Notes: generated by a model not told the origin, from the letters alone. A stretch of DNA of 64,000 nucleotides from Thiobacillaceae bacterium (GCA_031366105.1 JANLZE010000116.1:43928-107927), one strand, 5' to 3'; positions 19,369-29,841 are shown, counted from the stretch's first letter. Program-made: numbers and translations.

Positions 19369-20199
19369 TTATTTGCGGAATACTGAGGCTTTCATAGGTA
19401 AACCGTTAGACAGTGAGGAGTGGAAATACTCCAAGTTGTTCATAACGTCGCCCCCTTGTGGAGGAGGAACCGCGCGTACCTGTTTGAAACATCCGTCATA
19501 ACGTTGTTGGAGTGTAACTAAGGTGTCGCCACCGCGGAATACTGGCCAATGAACCGCCTGTCCCACCGCAGGCGAAATCAATTCCGACCGCAAACGAGTG
19601 CCGGCATTTTGCACGTGGCAATTGGCACACGCAAAATTCAATTGCCCTTTGCGTGTGAAGAAGGTTTTTTTACCGTCTTCATAAGCCGCCATGGCTTTAG
19701 GACCTTCCACTTTAACGTTCATCAACATACCATCAGACAGGGTACGCATATAAGAAGTTAACGTCCCCATCGTCTTCATATCATTGATTTTGTAAGCTTC
19801 TTCACCATTAGCGACACGGCATGCATTGATAGCATCCTGCAGCGTAACTACCTTGCCCTTAGCTTCATCAAATTGGGGATAGTTGCCTGCAATCTGTTTG
19901 CCACCATTAGGAAAGCAGTCACTATATTTTTTGGCGTTTTTAAAAGGGGCTTCCCACATTTTTCGCCCCTGGTCCACTACAGACTCGTAGGGAGGAAACT
20001 CCATGATGGAGTTATATTGCGCGCGACTATCATCATCAAAAGCCAGAGCTCCATAAACGTAGTCATCAACCTTGATGTTGGGATACTTCTGTGTATAAAG
20101 CTTGATAAAAGCCTGTCGATCTTGTTCAGGTGTGGCCATTGCATCAACGGTGCCTAGCAACACAACCAACCCTAACAATCCTGTTAGCAGTTTATTCAT
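19369..20199 (-). CDS. soxA: SoxA cytochrome c (one CxxCH)
   Basis: Signal peptide, single CANCH, and active-site QQRYDGCFKQVR. Confidence 0.95.
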   Translation of the reverse strand: MNKLLTGLLGLVVLLGTVDAMATPEQDRQAFIKLYTQKYPNIKVDDYVYGALAFDDDSRAQYNSIMEFPPYESVVDQGRKMWEAPFKNAKKYSDCFPNGGKQIAGNYPQFDEAKGKVVTLQDAINACRVANGEEAYKINDMKTMGTLTSYMRTLSDGMLMNVKVEGPKAMAAYEDGKKTFFTRKGQLNFACANCHVQNAGTRLRSELISPAVGQAVHWPVFRGGDTLVTLQQRYDGCFKQVRAVPPPQGGDVMNNLEYFHSSLSNGLPMKASVFRK

Positions 20200-20232
20200 T
20201 ATGCGTCCTCCGAAACCTGGTGAAAAAGTTAC

Positions 20233-20269
20233 AGGGCAACCCTGTTTAGAATGTAAACAGGGTTGCCCT
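20233..20269. terminator. Perfect 16-bp inverted repeat between soxZ and soxA (terminator, attenuator or mRNA stabiliser)
   Basis: AGGGCAACCCTGTTTA-GAATG-TAAACAGGGTTGCCCT, followed on the sox strand by GTAACTTTTT. Confidence 0.6.
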
Positions 20270-20293
20270 CATATTGCGTCCGAGATAAAGCAA

Positions 20294-20608
20294 CTAGCTA
20301 ATGACGGCGTCGGCAGAGTTTTTATCACCCGCACTATCAACCCAGCTGACATTGATTTTGTCACCAGCCTTGGCTCCTTTTACTTTGAACCCCAGGTAAG
20401 GGTTTTTGGAAATACCCGTACCAAAGTTGGCAGTCATTACAGGCGTACCATTTAACGTGGCGACTACTTCTTGAATGAACAGAGCGGGCACAAGTTTGCC
20501 AGTTTTGGCGTCTTTGCGTTGGCCCGTTTCCATTGGGTGATTCATTAGTACTTTGATGTCTGCAACATCGCCGGCCATAGTGGCGCGGATTTTCATGGGT
20601 TCAGCCAT
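20294..20608 (-). CDS. soxZ: Sulfur carrier SoxZ
   Basis: MAEPMKIRA, HPMETG.RKD, SKNPY.GF and W.DS.G motifs. GGAG RBS. Confidence 0.96.
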   Translation of the reverse strand: MAEPMKIRATMAGDVADIKVLMNHPMETGQRKDAKTGKLVPALFIQEVVATLNGTPVMTANFGTGISKNPYLGFKVKGAKAGDKINVSWVDSAGDKNSADAVIS

Positions 20609-20648
20609 TTTGTTCTCCTGATTTAAATATTGGATGTTCGAAAAGAGG

Positions 20649-21116
20649 CTAACCGCCGCAGCCGCCAATGGTGACTTTTACTTCTTTAGCCGCCGTATAG
20701 GTTTTACCGCCGGCTGTTACAACAGCACGAACTAGAGAAGTAGTACCCATCTTAATGCGCGTAGAAACAAACCCGGGAGCACCGTTAGACAAACTGTAGC
20801 TACCTACCAGTGGGGTGCCGTTCTTTTCAGCAAAGATCGAAATATTGGTGGTGTTAGGCAAAGTACTAGTCACTTCAACCGGAACCACCGCACCGTTTTC
20901 TGCAATGTCAGGCGCTTTGATTGTGATACTTTTACTATCGACAGCGGCTCCCGCTCCCAGCCCCTTCATTGCCTCGTCCATGCTTTTAGACTCAAAAGCA
21001 GGCTTATTCCAGGCAGCCAGCACTAATGTAGGCTTGAGTAAGCCAGCAGCAACAGCCATAGCTACAGCACTCGCGCTACTGGCACCTTTTAATACGTTTC
21101 TACGAAGTGTATTCAT
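20649..21116 (-). CDS. soxY: Sulfur carrier SoxY
   Basis: Tat signal RRNVLK, AENGAVVP and C-terminal VKVTIGGCGG. Confidence 0.97.
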   Translation of the reverse strand: MNTLRRNVLKGASSASAVAMAVAAGLLKPTLVLAAWNKPAFESKSMDEAMKGLGAGAAVDSKSITIKAPDIAENGAVVPVEVTSTLPNTTNISIFAEKNGTPLVGSYSLSNGAPGFVSTRIKMGTTSLVRAVVTAGGKTYTAAKEVKVTIGGCGG

Positions 21117-21134
21117 GAGCACATCTCCTAATAG

Positions 21135-21521
21135 TCAAAGACCGTAAACAAAATCTACTACTTTATCGATTTCCTGTTCCGTCAACACTTTATGCTTGCC
21201 GAACGGAATCATGGAACTGGAAGGGTTCGCTGCTGTGGCGTCCCAAATCTGGGCGCGTAATTTAGCTTTGTCTGGATAGCGCGCACTCATAGCAATAAGG
21301 GGAGGACCATACAAGCCCGTGGATTGCGCGTCGGGTACGGTAGGCATTCCGTGACAAGCCAGACAGTTTCCTTTCTTATTATTGAATGCAATCTGCTTAC
21401 CGGTTTCCTCCTTGGCAGGATCCTTAGCGGGATCCTTTGGGGGGTCAGCGGCTAAAACACTGCCCGACAGTGCGATGGCACTGATCGCACAGGCTGCGAT
21501 TACCTGATGTAACTTCCGCAT
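21135..21521 (-). CDS. soxX: SoxX cytochrome c
   Basis: Signal peptide, KGNCLACH, GPPL..M and S.MIPFG. GGAGG RBS 6 nt before the ATG at 21521. Confidence 0.93.
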   Translation of the reverse strand: MRKLHQVIAACAISAIALSGSVLAADPPKDPAKDPAKEETGKQIAFNNKKGNCLACHGMPTVPDAQSTGLYGPPLIAMSARYPDKAKLRAQIWDATAANPSSSMIPFGKHKVLTEQEIDKVVDFVYGL

Positions 21522-21752
21522 AATCATCCTCCGTTATAAATTAAATATTAATGTTTCTTTCGGTTAGCGGTTACCTCGGGACTCAATCTTAAGAGATATA
21601 AATCTGTCATTTAGTTCACGCCATCCATCACTGGATGTTGCGTAGCATAGTTGAAACTCCTTTTTTAATGCAATACCCCGGCATCAATGATGACGTCCAA
21701 ATCCTACTAACTAATAGGCATACTTGATGGGCTAGCCACTTGAAGGCCGATA

Positions 21753-23177
21753 TTATTTTGGTTTTCGCTGAGACTTCTCCAGCTCTTGCCACTCACGGCG
21801 ACGCGCTTCCGCCGTTGAAAGTTCATAAAATCCGCCATCGCCGGCCTTGATGGCTAAATTTATTTGCTCGATTGCGGCGGTCAAATTCCCGGATAAAGCG
21901 TAGCCTTCAGCAATCGCGCGGTGACCTTGCGAGCGCTGATTCAGTCGCATGTGCGCCTGTGCAGCTAAACGCCACAACCGAATATCGCGTGGCCATAGGC
22001 TAAGTTGGGCGGCCAGAAAAGAAGAGCTTTCCTGGGCTCGATTGGTTTTAAGCAGGCTATCGGCATAACCATACAACAGGGGTCGATAGCCGGGATATGC
22101 CGCAATGCCTGTGCGATATCTTTCCAGCGCCAGCTTATCTTGTCCGCCTTCTTGCGCGACGCGTCCGGCCAGCGTAGCAAGCATTGGGTTATGTATTTTC
22201 AAGGCGCTGAGTTTTTGGATTTCGCTTTCAGAGTTGACGTAGGCGCGCGCACGCAAAAATGCCAATGCCAAACCGTAATGAACCGTGGCAGCCTGGGTGT
22301 ACCGTTTGTCTTGCAATTGCCCCTGAAACACTTTGACCGCTTCCTGTGGCGTGCCTTCACGTGCACGCAGGCGAGTACGCACTAATTGGAAATCCAGGCT
22401 GTCTGGAATTTGCAGATAAGGCGTAGATTCAGCTCGTGCCTCCATGTCCGCTATGCGTTCCGAGGTCAGCGGGTGAGTGCGCAAATAAGCCGGTGCGCTG
22501 TTGTCGTATAAACGGTTGGTGCGTTGCAATTTGGTAAAAAAGCTGGGCATACCGCGCGGATCGAAGCCTGCTTTGGTGAGCGTTTCATAACCGATGCGGT
22601 CTGCTTCCCGTTCATAATCGCGCGTGTAATTAAGTTGGTTTTGAATTGCCAATGCCTGGGTGGAGGCGATAGCGGCGCTCGCCACATTGGAGTTGGAGCG
22701 GGAAGCCAAAATGGCCAATGCAAGTGCAGCAAGGGTCGGCCAATAACTCTGTGATTGCGCGGCCACCATGCGCGCAATGTGATCCTGCGTAACGTGGGCA
22801 ATCTCATGCCCTAGCACGCCCGCCAATTCGGATTCATTTTGAGCCGCCAGCAATAAGCCAGTATGCACGCCAATGTTACCGCCGGGCAGCGCAAAGGCAT
22901 TGATACTATTATTCTGAATAACAAAAAAATTGAAATCGCGCTGATTGCGTGAAGTGACCGACACCAGACGATAGCCGAGGTGCTCAAGGTAGGCTTCAAT
23001 TTCGGGATCGTCCAAATATGAAGCATCAGCATAAATGTCGCGCATGATGGTGCGGGATAAGAGCTGTTCGTCCTGATCAGAAAAATATTGACGCGAGACT
23101 TCACCGAGGTCGGGGAGATCAGCCGCGGCCAAAGAGTTACAAGCCAGGCTGAGTACGAGCAGGGATCGTATAAACAC
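21753..23177 (-). CDS. bepA: M48 metalloprotease with TPR (BepA/YfgC-like)
   Basis: INAFALPGG, HEIAHV, EREADR.G, YLRTHP and TPR-like C-terminus. Confidence 0.85.
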   Translation of the reverse strand: MFIRSLLVLSLACNSLAAADLPDLGEVSRQYFSDQDEQLLSRTIMRDIYADASYLDDPEIEAYLEHLGYRLVSVTSRNQRDFNFFVIQNNSINAFALPGGNIGVHTGLLLAAQNESELAGVLGHEIAHVTQDHIARMVAAQSQSYWPTLAALALAILASRSNSNVASAAIASTQALAIQNQLNYTRDYEREADRIGYETLTKAGFDPRGMPSFFTKLQRTNRLYDNSAPAYLRTHPLTSERIADMEARAESTPYLQIPDSLDFQLVRTRLRAREGTPQEAVKVFQGQLQDKRYTQAATVHYGLALAFLRARAYVNSESEIQKLSALKIHNPMLATLAGRVAQEGGQDKLALERYRTGIAAYPGYRPLLYGYADSLLKTNRAQESSSFLAAQLSLWPRDIRLWRLAAQAHMRLNQRSQGHRAIAEGYALSGNLTAAIEQINLAIKAGDGGFYELSTAEARRREWQELEKSQRKPK

Positions 23178-23216
23178 AGTGCTAAGATGGCCTTATGAGG
23201 CTCAGGTTCCAAAAAC

Positions 23217-23708
23217 ATGAATAACTTTACCCATTTTGATACACATGGCCGCGCGGTGATGGTGGACGTCGCCGATAAACCGGACACACGTCGAATTGCT
23301 GTGGCGATGGGGCGTATCCACATGTTACCCGATACCCTCGCGCGCATTTTGGCAGGGCAGGCAGACAAGGGGGATGTGCTTGGCGTGGCGCGGATTGCCG
23401 CTATTCAGGCAACCAAGCGCACCTCCGATTTAATTCCTTTGTGTCACCCGATTGCGTTAACACGGGTGGAAGTGGAGTTTGTTAACCACAAAGACCCAGC
23501 GTGCATTGAGTGTCGGGTAACCGCAGAGACAGTGGGAAAAACGGGTGTGGAAATGGAAGCCATGATGGGTGTAAGCGTGGGCTTATTAACGATCTACGAT
23601 ATGTGCAAAGCCATGGACCGCGGCATGCGTGTCGATACTTTGCGCCTGTTGGAGAAGCAGGGGGGGCGTTCTGGGCATTGGCGAGCTGGTGAAATGCAAA
23701 ACTTGTAA
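23217..23708 (+). CDS. moaC: Cyclic pyranopterin monophosphate synthase MoaC
   Basis: THFD..GRA.MVDV, KGDVL, LIPLCHP, TGVEMEA, YDMCKA and KQGGRSG motifs. Confidence 0.96.
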   Translation: MNNFTHFDTHGRAVMVDVADKPDTRRIAVAMGRIHMLPDTLARILAGQADKGDVLGVARIAAIQATKRTSDLIPLCHPIALTRVEVEFVNHKDPACIECRVTAETVGKTGVEMEAMMGVSVGLLTIYDMCKAMDRGMRVDTLRLLEKQGGRSGHWRAGEMQNL

Positions 23709-24021
23709 CTCCTGGCTTGCATGGACGAGCTCAAGTGGACGGCATGAATAGGTTTTCACGCGCGTTTTATCGCGTTTTATTAAACTGACGAATGTTTTAT
23801 TAATCAAGCTTATCGGCATATCAAGTTTCTAATTTGCACAGATGGGCTTGGCCCGTGCAAAATATCGTTATATTCGTAATTATTAATATAGATCCGCTGA
23901 ATCGTTGCTGTGCGCGATCGTTCAGTACAGATCACCTAAACTTCTTTATTTAAGCGCAAGCTAAGCTATACACAATCGATCCGTTTCTGGATTGAGGATG
24001 CCTTTGGTTTTGAAAGACGGA

Positions 24022-26892
24022 ATGAACGCCAGAATAGATATCGAAAACCACGATCAGCAAGAAATCAAATTTACCACTTGCTATATGTGCGCCTGTCGCT
24101 GCGGCATCAAAGTGACCTTGGAAGACAATAAGGTTCGTTTCATCCAGGGCAACCGTAACCATCCGACCAATCAGGGCGTGCTATGCGCCAAAGGCTCGGC
24201 GGGGATCATGAAGCAGTATTCAACCGCTAAATTGACCCAGCCTCTGATGCGCAAGCCGGGGACAGAGAGAGGCGAAGGAATTTACGAGCCTGTGTCGTGG
24301 GAACAAGCACTGGACGTACTGACCGATCGCCTGGCGGATATACGCGCAACCGATCCCTCCAAGCTCGCGTTCTTTACGGGGCGCGACCAGATGCAGGCCT
24401 TAACCGGATTATGGGCACAGCAGTTTGGTACGCCGAACTGGGCCGCGCACGGCGGGTTTTGCTCGGTCAATATGGCGGCAGCGGGACTGTATTCAATTGG
24501 CTTTTCATTTTGGGAATTTGGTGCGCCGGACTGGGATTACGCGAAATATTTCATCCTGTGGGGCGTGGCAGAAGACCACTCGTCCAACCCGATCAAAATT
24601 GGATTGGAAAAGCTCAAACGCCATGGCGGCAAATTTGTCACCGTCAACCCGGTGCGCACCGGTTACTCGGCCATTGCCGACGAATGGCTGCCCATCAAGC
24701 CCGGCATGGACGGCTTGCTGGCGATGTCTATGGTGCATGTGCTGTTGCAACATGAAAAATTCGATTACGAGTTTTTGGTGCGCTATACCAATGCGTCTTG
24801 GCTGGTAATCCAATCGCCAGGTCAACCAGGTGATGGCCTGTTTTTGCGCGACGAGAATGATCACCCGCTGATTTGGGATATCAGTAAAGAAATATTCAAA
24901 AATGGCTTGGACGGGGATATCTCGCCGGCATTGTTCGGCGAATACGTGGCCCCAGACGGTCGCAGAGTCAAGACCGTGATGTCGCTGATGGTGGAGCGTT
25001 ATCTCGACCCGCGTTATGCGCCCGAAAACGTCGCGCTAGAATGCGGAGTATCGGCTGAAACGATTACCCGCATTGCGCTGGAGATGGCGCATATTGCGTT
25101 CAAAGAAACGGTCGAGCTACCGATTGAGTGGACCGATGTCTGGGGCCGCAAGCACGACAAAGTGGTAGGTCGCCCGGTCGCGATGTATGCGATGCGCGGG
25201 ATTGCTGCGCACTCCAATGGCTTTCATGCCTGCCGTGCGATTCATATGATTCAGATGCTGCTGGGCGCGCTGGACTCACCGGGCAATTTCCGCGCACGTG
25301 CGCCGTACCCCAAGCCGATCCCACCGCATCAGCTGCCGGAAAACAATATCGACATCATCAACGCGCCAAATACGCCGCTGTCGCGGCCCCCGCTGGGCTT
25401 TCCCACGCGGCCGGAGGATTTGGTCATCGACGAGTTCGGCAATCCGCTACGTATCGATAAAGCCTATTCGTGGGAAGTCCCGATCGCGTCCCACGGCCTG
25501 ATGCACATGGTGATTACCAACGCCACCAATCACGATCCTTACGGAATCGATACGCTGATTTTGTTCATGGCCAACATGGCGTGGAATTCCAGCATGAACA
25601 CTGCCAACGTGCAGGACATGTTGCGTGCTAAAGACCCCGAATTCGGTGAATACAAAATTCCATTTCTGGTGGTGATCGATGCATTCCATTCGGAAATGAC
25701 CAACTTTGCCGATTTGATTTTGCCGGATACCACGTATCTTGAGCGGCACGATTGCATCTCGCTGCTGGATCGCCCGATCTCCGAGCCGGACTCGGCGGCG
25801 GACGCGATTCGTTACCCGCTGCTGCGCCCGGAGCGCGATGTGCGCCCTTGGCAAGAGGTGATGGTCGAGCTGGCTTCGCGGCTTAAATTCCCGGCGTTCA
25901 CCAAGCCCGATGGCACGCGCAAATTCAAAGACTATCCTGACTTTATCGTGAACTACGAGCGCTCGCCGGGCGTGGGGTTTCTCGCTGGCTGGCGCGGCAA
26001 AGATGGCGAAAAATCCTTGAAAGGCGAGCCCAATCCCAAGCAGTGGGAAAAGTACATCGAGAACGAAAGCTTCTTTGCGCACCACTGGCCCGACAACCAA
26101 AAATACATGCGTTTCGCGAATAAGGAATATCTGGATGTTGCGGCGGATGTTGGATTCATCGGCAAGCCCGAGCCCATCATCATGCAGTTTTACTCCGAAC
26201 CGCTACAGAAATTTCGTCTGGCCGGGCAGGGTTTATACAATGGCCCACAGCCGAAAAATCCGGTGGACCGCGAGCGCCTGGTCAAATACTTTGACCCCTT
26301 GCCAATGTGGTATGAACCGCTGGAGCAACAGCGCGTGGACAAGGAAAAATATCCCTTCTTCGCGCTGACGCAACGCCCCATGTTTATGTACCACTCGTGG
26401 GACTCACAAAACGTGTGGCTACGCCAGATCCTTGCGCAAAACTATATGTATATGAATGCGCGCAAAGCACGCGACATGGGTCTCGCAGACTTTGACTGGA
26501 TATGGGTCGAGTCGCATAACGGTAAATTGCGTTGCCAACTCAAAACGATGGAAGGCTGCCAGGAAGATACGGTGTGGACCTGGAACGCTATCGGTAAACA
26601 AAAGGGCGCATGGGGTTTGAAAGACAATGCATCCGAAGCCACTAAAGGTTTCCTGCTGAACCACCTGATCTCCGAACTACTCCCAGAGAAAATGGGCGAG
26701 CGCCGGATTACCAACTCGGATCCGGTAACCGGGCAAGCTGCATGGTTTGATCTACGCGTGCGCATCTGGAAAGCCGAACCAGGGGAAATAGGTTCCTGGC
26801 CTCAGTTCGACGCGCTGAAAAAATTGCCGGGCGATAACTACGAACGCCCGGATGTCCTGCGTTTTGATGCGCGTACCCATTCTAAAAAATAA
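24022..26892 (+). CDS. soeA: Sulfite:quinone oxidoreductase molybdopterin subunit SoeA
   Basis: TTCYMCACRCG Fe-S motif, AAHGGFCSVNMAA and MYAMRGIAAHSNGF. No Tat signal. Followed by Fe-S and DmsC-type subunits. Confidence 0.9.
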   Translation: MNARIDIENHDQQEIKFTTCYMCACRCGIKVTLEDNKVRFIQGNRNHPTNQGVLCAKGSAGIMKQYSTAKLTQPLMRKPGTERGEGIYEPVSWEQALDVLTDRLADIRATDPSKLAFFTGRDQMQALTGLWAQQFGTPNWAAHGGFCSVNMAAAGLYSIGFSFWEFGAPDWDYAKYFILWGVAEDHSSNPIKIGLEKLKRHGGKFVTVNPVRTGYSAIADEWLPIKPGMDGLLAMSMVHVLLQHEKFDYEFLVRYTNASWLVIQSPGQPGDGLFLRDENDHPLIWDISKEIFKNGLDGDISPALFGEYVAPDGRRVKTVMSLMVERYLDPRYAPENVALECGVSAETITRIALEMAHIAFKETVELPIEWTDVWGRKHDKVVGRPVAMYAMRGIAAHSNGFHACRAIHMIQMLLGALDSPGNFRARAPYPKPIPPHQLPENNIDIINAPNTPLSRPPLGFPTRPEDLVIDEFGNPLRIDKAYSWEVPIASHGLMHMVITNATNHDPYGIDTLILFMANMAWNSSMNTANVQDMLRAKDPEFGEYKIPFLVVIDAFHSEMTNFADLILPDTTYLERHDCISLLDRPISEPDSAADAIRYPLLRPERDVRPWQEVMVELASRLKFPAFTKPDGTRKFKDYPDFIVNYERSPGVGFLAGWRGKDGEKSLKGEPNPKQWEKYIENESFFAHHWPDNQKYMRFANKEYLDVAADVGFIGKPEPIIMQFYSEPLQKFRLAGQGLYNGPQPKNPVDRERLVKYFDPLPMWYEPLEQQRVDKEKYPFFALTQRPMFMYHSWDSQNVWLRQILAQNYMYMNARKARDMGLADFDWIWVESHNGKLRCQLKTMEGCQEDTVWTWNAIGKQKGAWGLKDNASEATKGFLLNHLISELLPEKMGERRITNSDPVTGQAAWFDLRVRIWKAEPGEIGSWPQFDALKKLPGDNYERPDVLRFDARTHSKK

Positions 26893-26904
26893 ACGAGAAA
26901 AAAT

Positions 26905-27600
26905 ATGAGACTGGGATTAGTTATCGATCTAGATGTATGCGTGGGCTGTCACGCGTGCGCGATTGCCTGCAAAGAGTGGAATGCCTCTGGCACCATCGGC
27001 CCTTTATCAGACTATGAGCCCTATGGCGCGGAGCCATCCGGAGTTTGGTTTAATCGTATTCGGCATTACGAGATGGACGAATACCCCAACAATAAAACCA
27101 TTAATTTTCCAATGTCCTGCATGCACTGCGAAGATGCTGCTTGCGTGAGCGTGTGCCCCACGGGCGCATCTTATAAGCGCCCTGAAGATGGCATCGTGCT
27201 GATCGACCAAGACAAGTGCATGGGTTGTAACTATTGCTCGTGGGCATGCCCTTACGGGGCGCGCGAGCTGGATCGTTCCAGTGGCACAATGAAAAAATGC
27301 ACGTTGTGTGTGGATCGAATTTATGATCAGAAACTGCCGATAGAAGAACGCCAACCGGCGTGCGTGCTTTCGTGTCCCGCGCATGCGCGCATGTTCGGTG
27401 ATTTTGACGATCCGGATTCTGCAGTATCGCGCACCGTACGTGAGCGCGATGGCTATCCGCTCATGCCCGAACTGAACTACCAGCCCACCAACCAGTATTT
27501 GCCTCCCCGCCAAAAGCCGGTGATCCACGTTGATGCAGCGCCCAAAGGGGGCTTGAAAGAAAGCATCAAGCAGTTCGCTAACCGCTTGGTTCGGCGCTAA
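26905..27600 (+). CDS. soeB: SoeB 4Fe-4S subunit
   Basis: Four Cys clusters: CVGCHAC..AC, CMHCED..C..VC, CMGCNYC..AC, CTLC...C...C. Confidence 0.9.
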   Translation: MRLGLVIDLDVCVGCHACAIACKEWNASGTIGPLSDYEPYGAEPSGVWFNRIRHYEMDEYPNNKTINFPMSCMHCEDAACVSVCPTGASYKRPEDGIVLIDQDKCMGCNYCSWACPYGARELDRSSGTMKKCTLCVDRIYDQKLPIEERQPACVLSCPAHARMFGDFDDPDSAVSRTVRERDGYPLMPELNYQPTNQYLPPRQKPVIHVDAAPKGGLKESIKQFANRLVRR

Positions 27601-27611
27601 GGAGATTTGAA

Positions 27612-28550
27612 ATGCATCCCGCTTTATCTGTTATTTTTTTTACCGTTGCCTCTGGCGCAGGTTTTGGTCTTTTTTCGCTGCTCTACATTGCCGATGTGTT
27701 CAGCCTGGGAGGCGGATTTAATCGCGAGCAGCTGATTATTGGCGGGTTAATGGCCATGGCGCTGATCGTAATGGGGCTATTGTCCTCCACGCTCCATTTA
27801 GCCAACCCTAAAAATGCGTGGCGCGCATTCAATCGCTTTCGCACCTCGTGGCTGTCGCGAGAAGGCGTATTTGCAGTCATATTCATGCCACTAGCACTCG
27901 CTTATTTGTTGTGCATCTGGTTTGACGCACCTGCAATATTGCGCATAGGCGTGGGTTTCATTGTGGCGGTACTGGCCTGGATTACCGTGTTTTCCACCGG
28001 CATGATCTACGCTTGTCTTAAAACAATTCGTCAGTGGCATACACCGTTGGTGCCCGCCAATTACCTTGCACTGGGGTATGCCAGCGGGAGCCTTCTACTG
28101 CTGTTGGGGGCGGTAGTGGCGAAGTTGGATACGGTGCCTTACCTTGCGATGTCGGCGCTTATCGTGTCTGTCGCGGCAGTACTCAAGGCCATCTACTATT
28201 TCTGGATTGGAAGCCCGAGTGTGACACCTACTATCAATACCGCCACTGGCCTCACCCGCGCAGGTGTAAAGATACTGGATACGGGCCACACACATGGCAC
28301 ATTTTTGACACAAGAATTTGGCTTCCAACTCGCACGCAAGCGGGCCGGTATTCTCCGTTTAGCAGTCTTTGTCGTGGGTTTTGGCGTACCGGGATTAATG
28401 TTAATTTCGATATTTCGACAGCCCGATGCGCTATGGGCTGCAGCGGTGGCTTTATTCGCTGTCATGCTCGGCGCTGCAATCGAACGGTGGCTGTTTTTTG
28501 CAGAAGCGCGGCACGTAGTCAATCTTTATCACGGCGCACAGCGTTGCTAA
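27612..28550 (+). CDS. soeC: SoeC DmsC/NrfD-type membrane anchor
   Basis: MHPA.SVIFFT, HLANPKNAW, SWLSREG, MIYA.LKTI.QW and ERWLFFAEA.H motifs. Confidence 0.9.
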   Translation: MHPALSVIFFTVASGAGFGLFSLLYIADVFSLGGGFNREQLIIGGLMAMALIVMGLLSSTLHLANPKNAWRAFNRFRTSWLSREGVFAVIFMPLALAYLLCIWFDAPAILRIGVGFIVAVLAWITVFSTGMIYACLKTIRQWHTPLVPANYLALGYASGSLLLLLGAVVAKLDTVPYLAMSALIVSVAAVLKAIYYFWIGSPSVTPTINTATGLTRAGVKILDTGHTHGTFLTQEFGFQLARKRAGILRLAVFVVGFGVPGLMLISIFRQPDALWAAAVALFAVMLGAAIERWLFFAEARHVVNLYHGAQRC

Positions 28551-28552
28551 GC

Positions 28553-28581
28553 TTGAATTATGAACGTACCGTGTATATTAT
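28553..28581 (+). promoter_or_regulatory. Putative sigma70 promoter of rhd-tusA-dsrE2
   Basis: TTGAAT-17 nt-TATTAT in the AT-rich gap after soeC. Confidence 0.5.
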
Positions 28582-28612
28582 TAAATACTAATTAACTTCA
28601 GATATAAACGTT

Positions 28613-28933
28613 ATGCAAGGTTTTAGGGAAGTTGATCCAGATTTTGTAGTTGAAGCCGCTGCAAATGGCGCACATATTATTGACGTGCGTACAGAGGCGG
28701 AGGTCGCTCAGGGAGTGATTAGCGGAGCGACGCATATTCCTCTCCATCTCTTACCTTTGCGGGCGGCCGATGTGCCGCAGGACAAACCGGTTGTAATTTA
28801 CTGTCGTACGGGGGCACGCTCCGCGCAAGCTTGCGCGTTTATGGCGGCGCAAGGGTTTGAGAATATGCATAATCTGGCGGGCGGGATCGTTTCTTGGGCG
28901 CGTTCAGGTAATTCGCTCAGTAGTCCCCGCTAA
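28613..28933 (+). CDS. rhd: Single-domain rhodanese Rhd
   Basis: IIDVR..AE, VIYCRTGARS and NLAGGI..W motifs. Sits in a rhd-tusA-dsrE2 array. Confidence 0.9.
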   Translation: MQGFREVDPDFVVEAAANGAHIIDVRTEAEVAQGVISGATHIPLHLLPLRAADVPQDKPVVIYCRTGARSAQACAFMAAQGFENMHNLAGGIVSWARSGNSLSSPR

Positions 28934-29033
28934 CTGTAGGCAGGCATTATTCACTTTGTTGCAAACAAGTTCCAACTGGTTTACTGTACGTAAGCTTTTT
29001 TAGCCTGTTTTGATTGATAGTAAGGAGAGACGA

Positions 29034-29261
29034 ATGAACTTTGATAAAGAACTAGACGCGCGTGGTCTGAATTGCCCATTACCTATTTTGCGTGCAAAGA
29101 AATCCCTGAGTGAAGTTACCAGCGGTCAAGTATTGAAAATCCTGTCAACTGATCCAGGCTCGGTTAAAGATTTTGCCGCGTTTGCCAAACAAACGGGTAA
29201 CGAATTACTGTCGACCGCCGAAGCGGCGGGAGAGTACACATTTTTTATGAAGAAAAAATAA
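29034..29261 (+). CDS. tusA: Sulfur carrier TusA
   Basis: LDARGLNCPLP and TDPGSVKDF motifs. AGGAG RBS. Confidence 0.95.
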   Translation: MNFDKELDARGLNCPLPILRAKKSLSEVTSGQVLKILSTDPGSVKDFAAFAKQTGNELLSTAEAAGEYTFFMKKK

Positions 29262-29331
29262 CAAGTTGTATAACCCAGAGGGAGGCAATTTGACGCCTCT
29301 TCAACCCACCGGAATCAGGAGACAGTAGACC

Positions 29332-29841
29332 ATGGATACGAAAAAACTTGCCATTATCGCCACTAAAGGCACCCTGGATTGGGCTTACCCCCCATTCATT
29401 TTGGCATCTACTGCCGCCGCGTTGGGTTATGAAGTACAGATCTTTTTTACTTTCTATGGACTGCAACTCTTGAAAAAAGATGTGTCGGGTCTGAAAGTCA
29501 GCCCGCTCGGAAATCCTGGTATGCCGATGAAAATGCCCTTTGGTCCGAAGTGGTTCAAAGGCATTAACTGGAATATCCCTAACGCCATCCAATCCTTGGT
29601 TCCGGGTTATGAAAATGTAGCGTCATCTTTGATGAAAATGACCATCAAGAATAATGGCGTAGCGACCATTCATGATTTGCGTGGCCTATGCATGGAAGCG
29701 GATGTGAAATTTATTGCCTGCCAAATGACGGTTGAGCTTTTTGGATTTGAGCATAGCGATTTTTTAGACGGTATTGAATACGGCGGCGCAGCGACATTTT
29801 TCGAATTCGCAGGTGAAACGGATATTTGCTTGTTTATATAA
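29332..29841 (+). CDS. dsrE2: DsrE2-type sulfurtransferase
   Basis: KGTLDWAYPPFILASTAAA, FFTFYGL and IACQMT motifs. Confidence 0.9.
   Translation: MDTKKLAIIATKGTLDWAYPPFILASTAAALGYEVQIFFTFYGLQLLKKDVSGLKVSPLGNPGMPMKMPFGPKWFKGINWNIPNAIQSLVPGYENVASSLMKMTIKNNGVATIHDLRGLCMEADVKFIACQMTVELFGFEHSDFLDGIEYGGAATFFEFAGETDICLFI

Noticed and set aside
23178-24021. Moco riboswitch ahead of moaC or soeA
   Set aside because: Only about 40 bp separate the divergent bepA and moaC starts, and I could not recognise the motif in the moaC-soeA spacer. An Rfam scan would be decisive.
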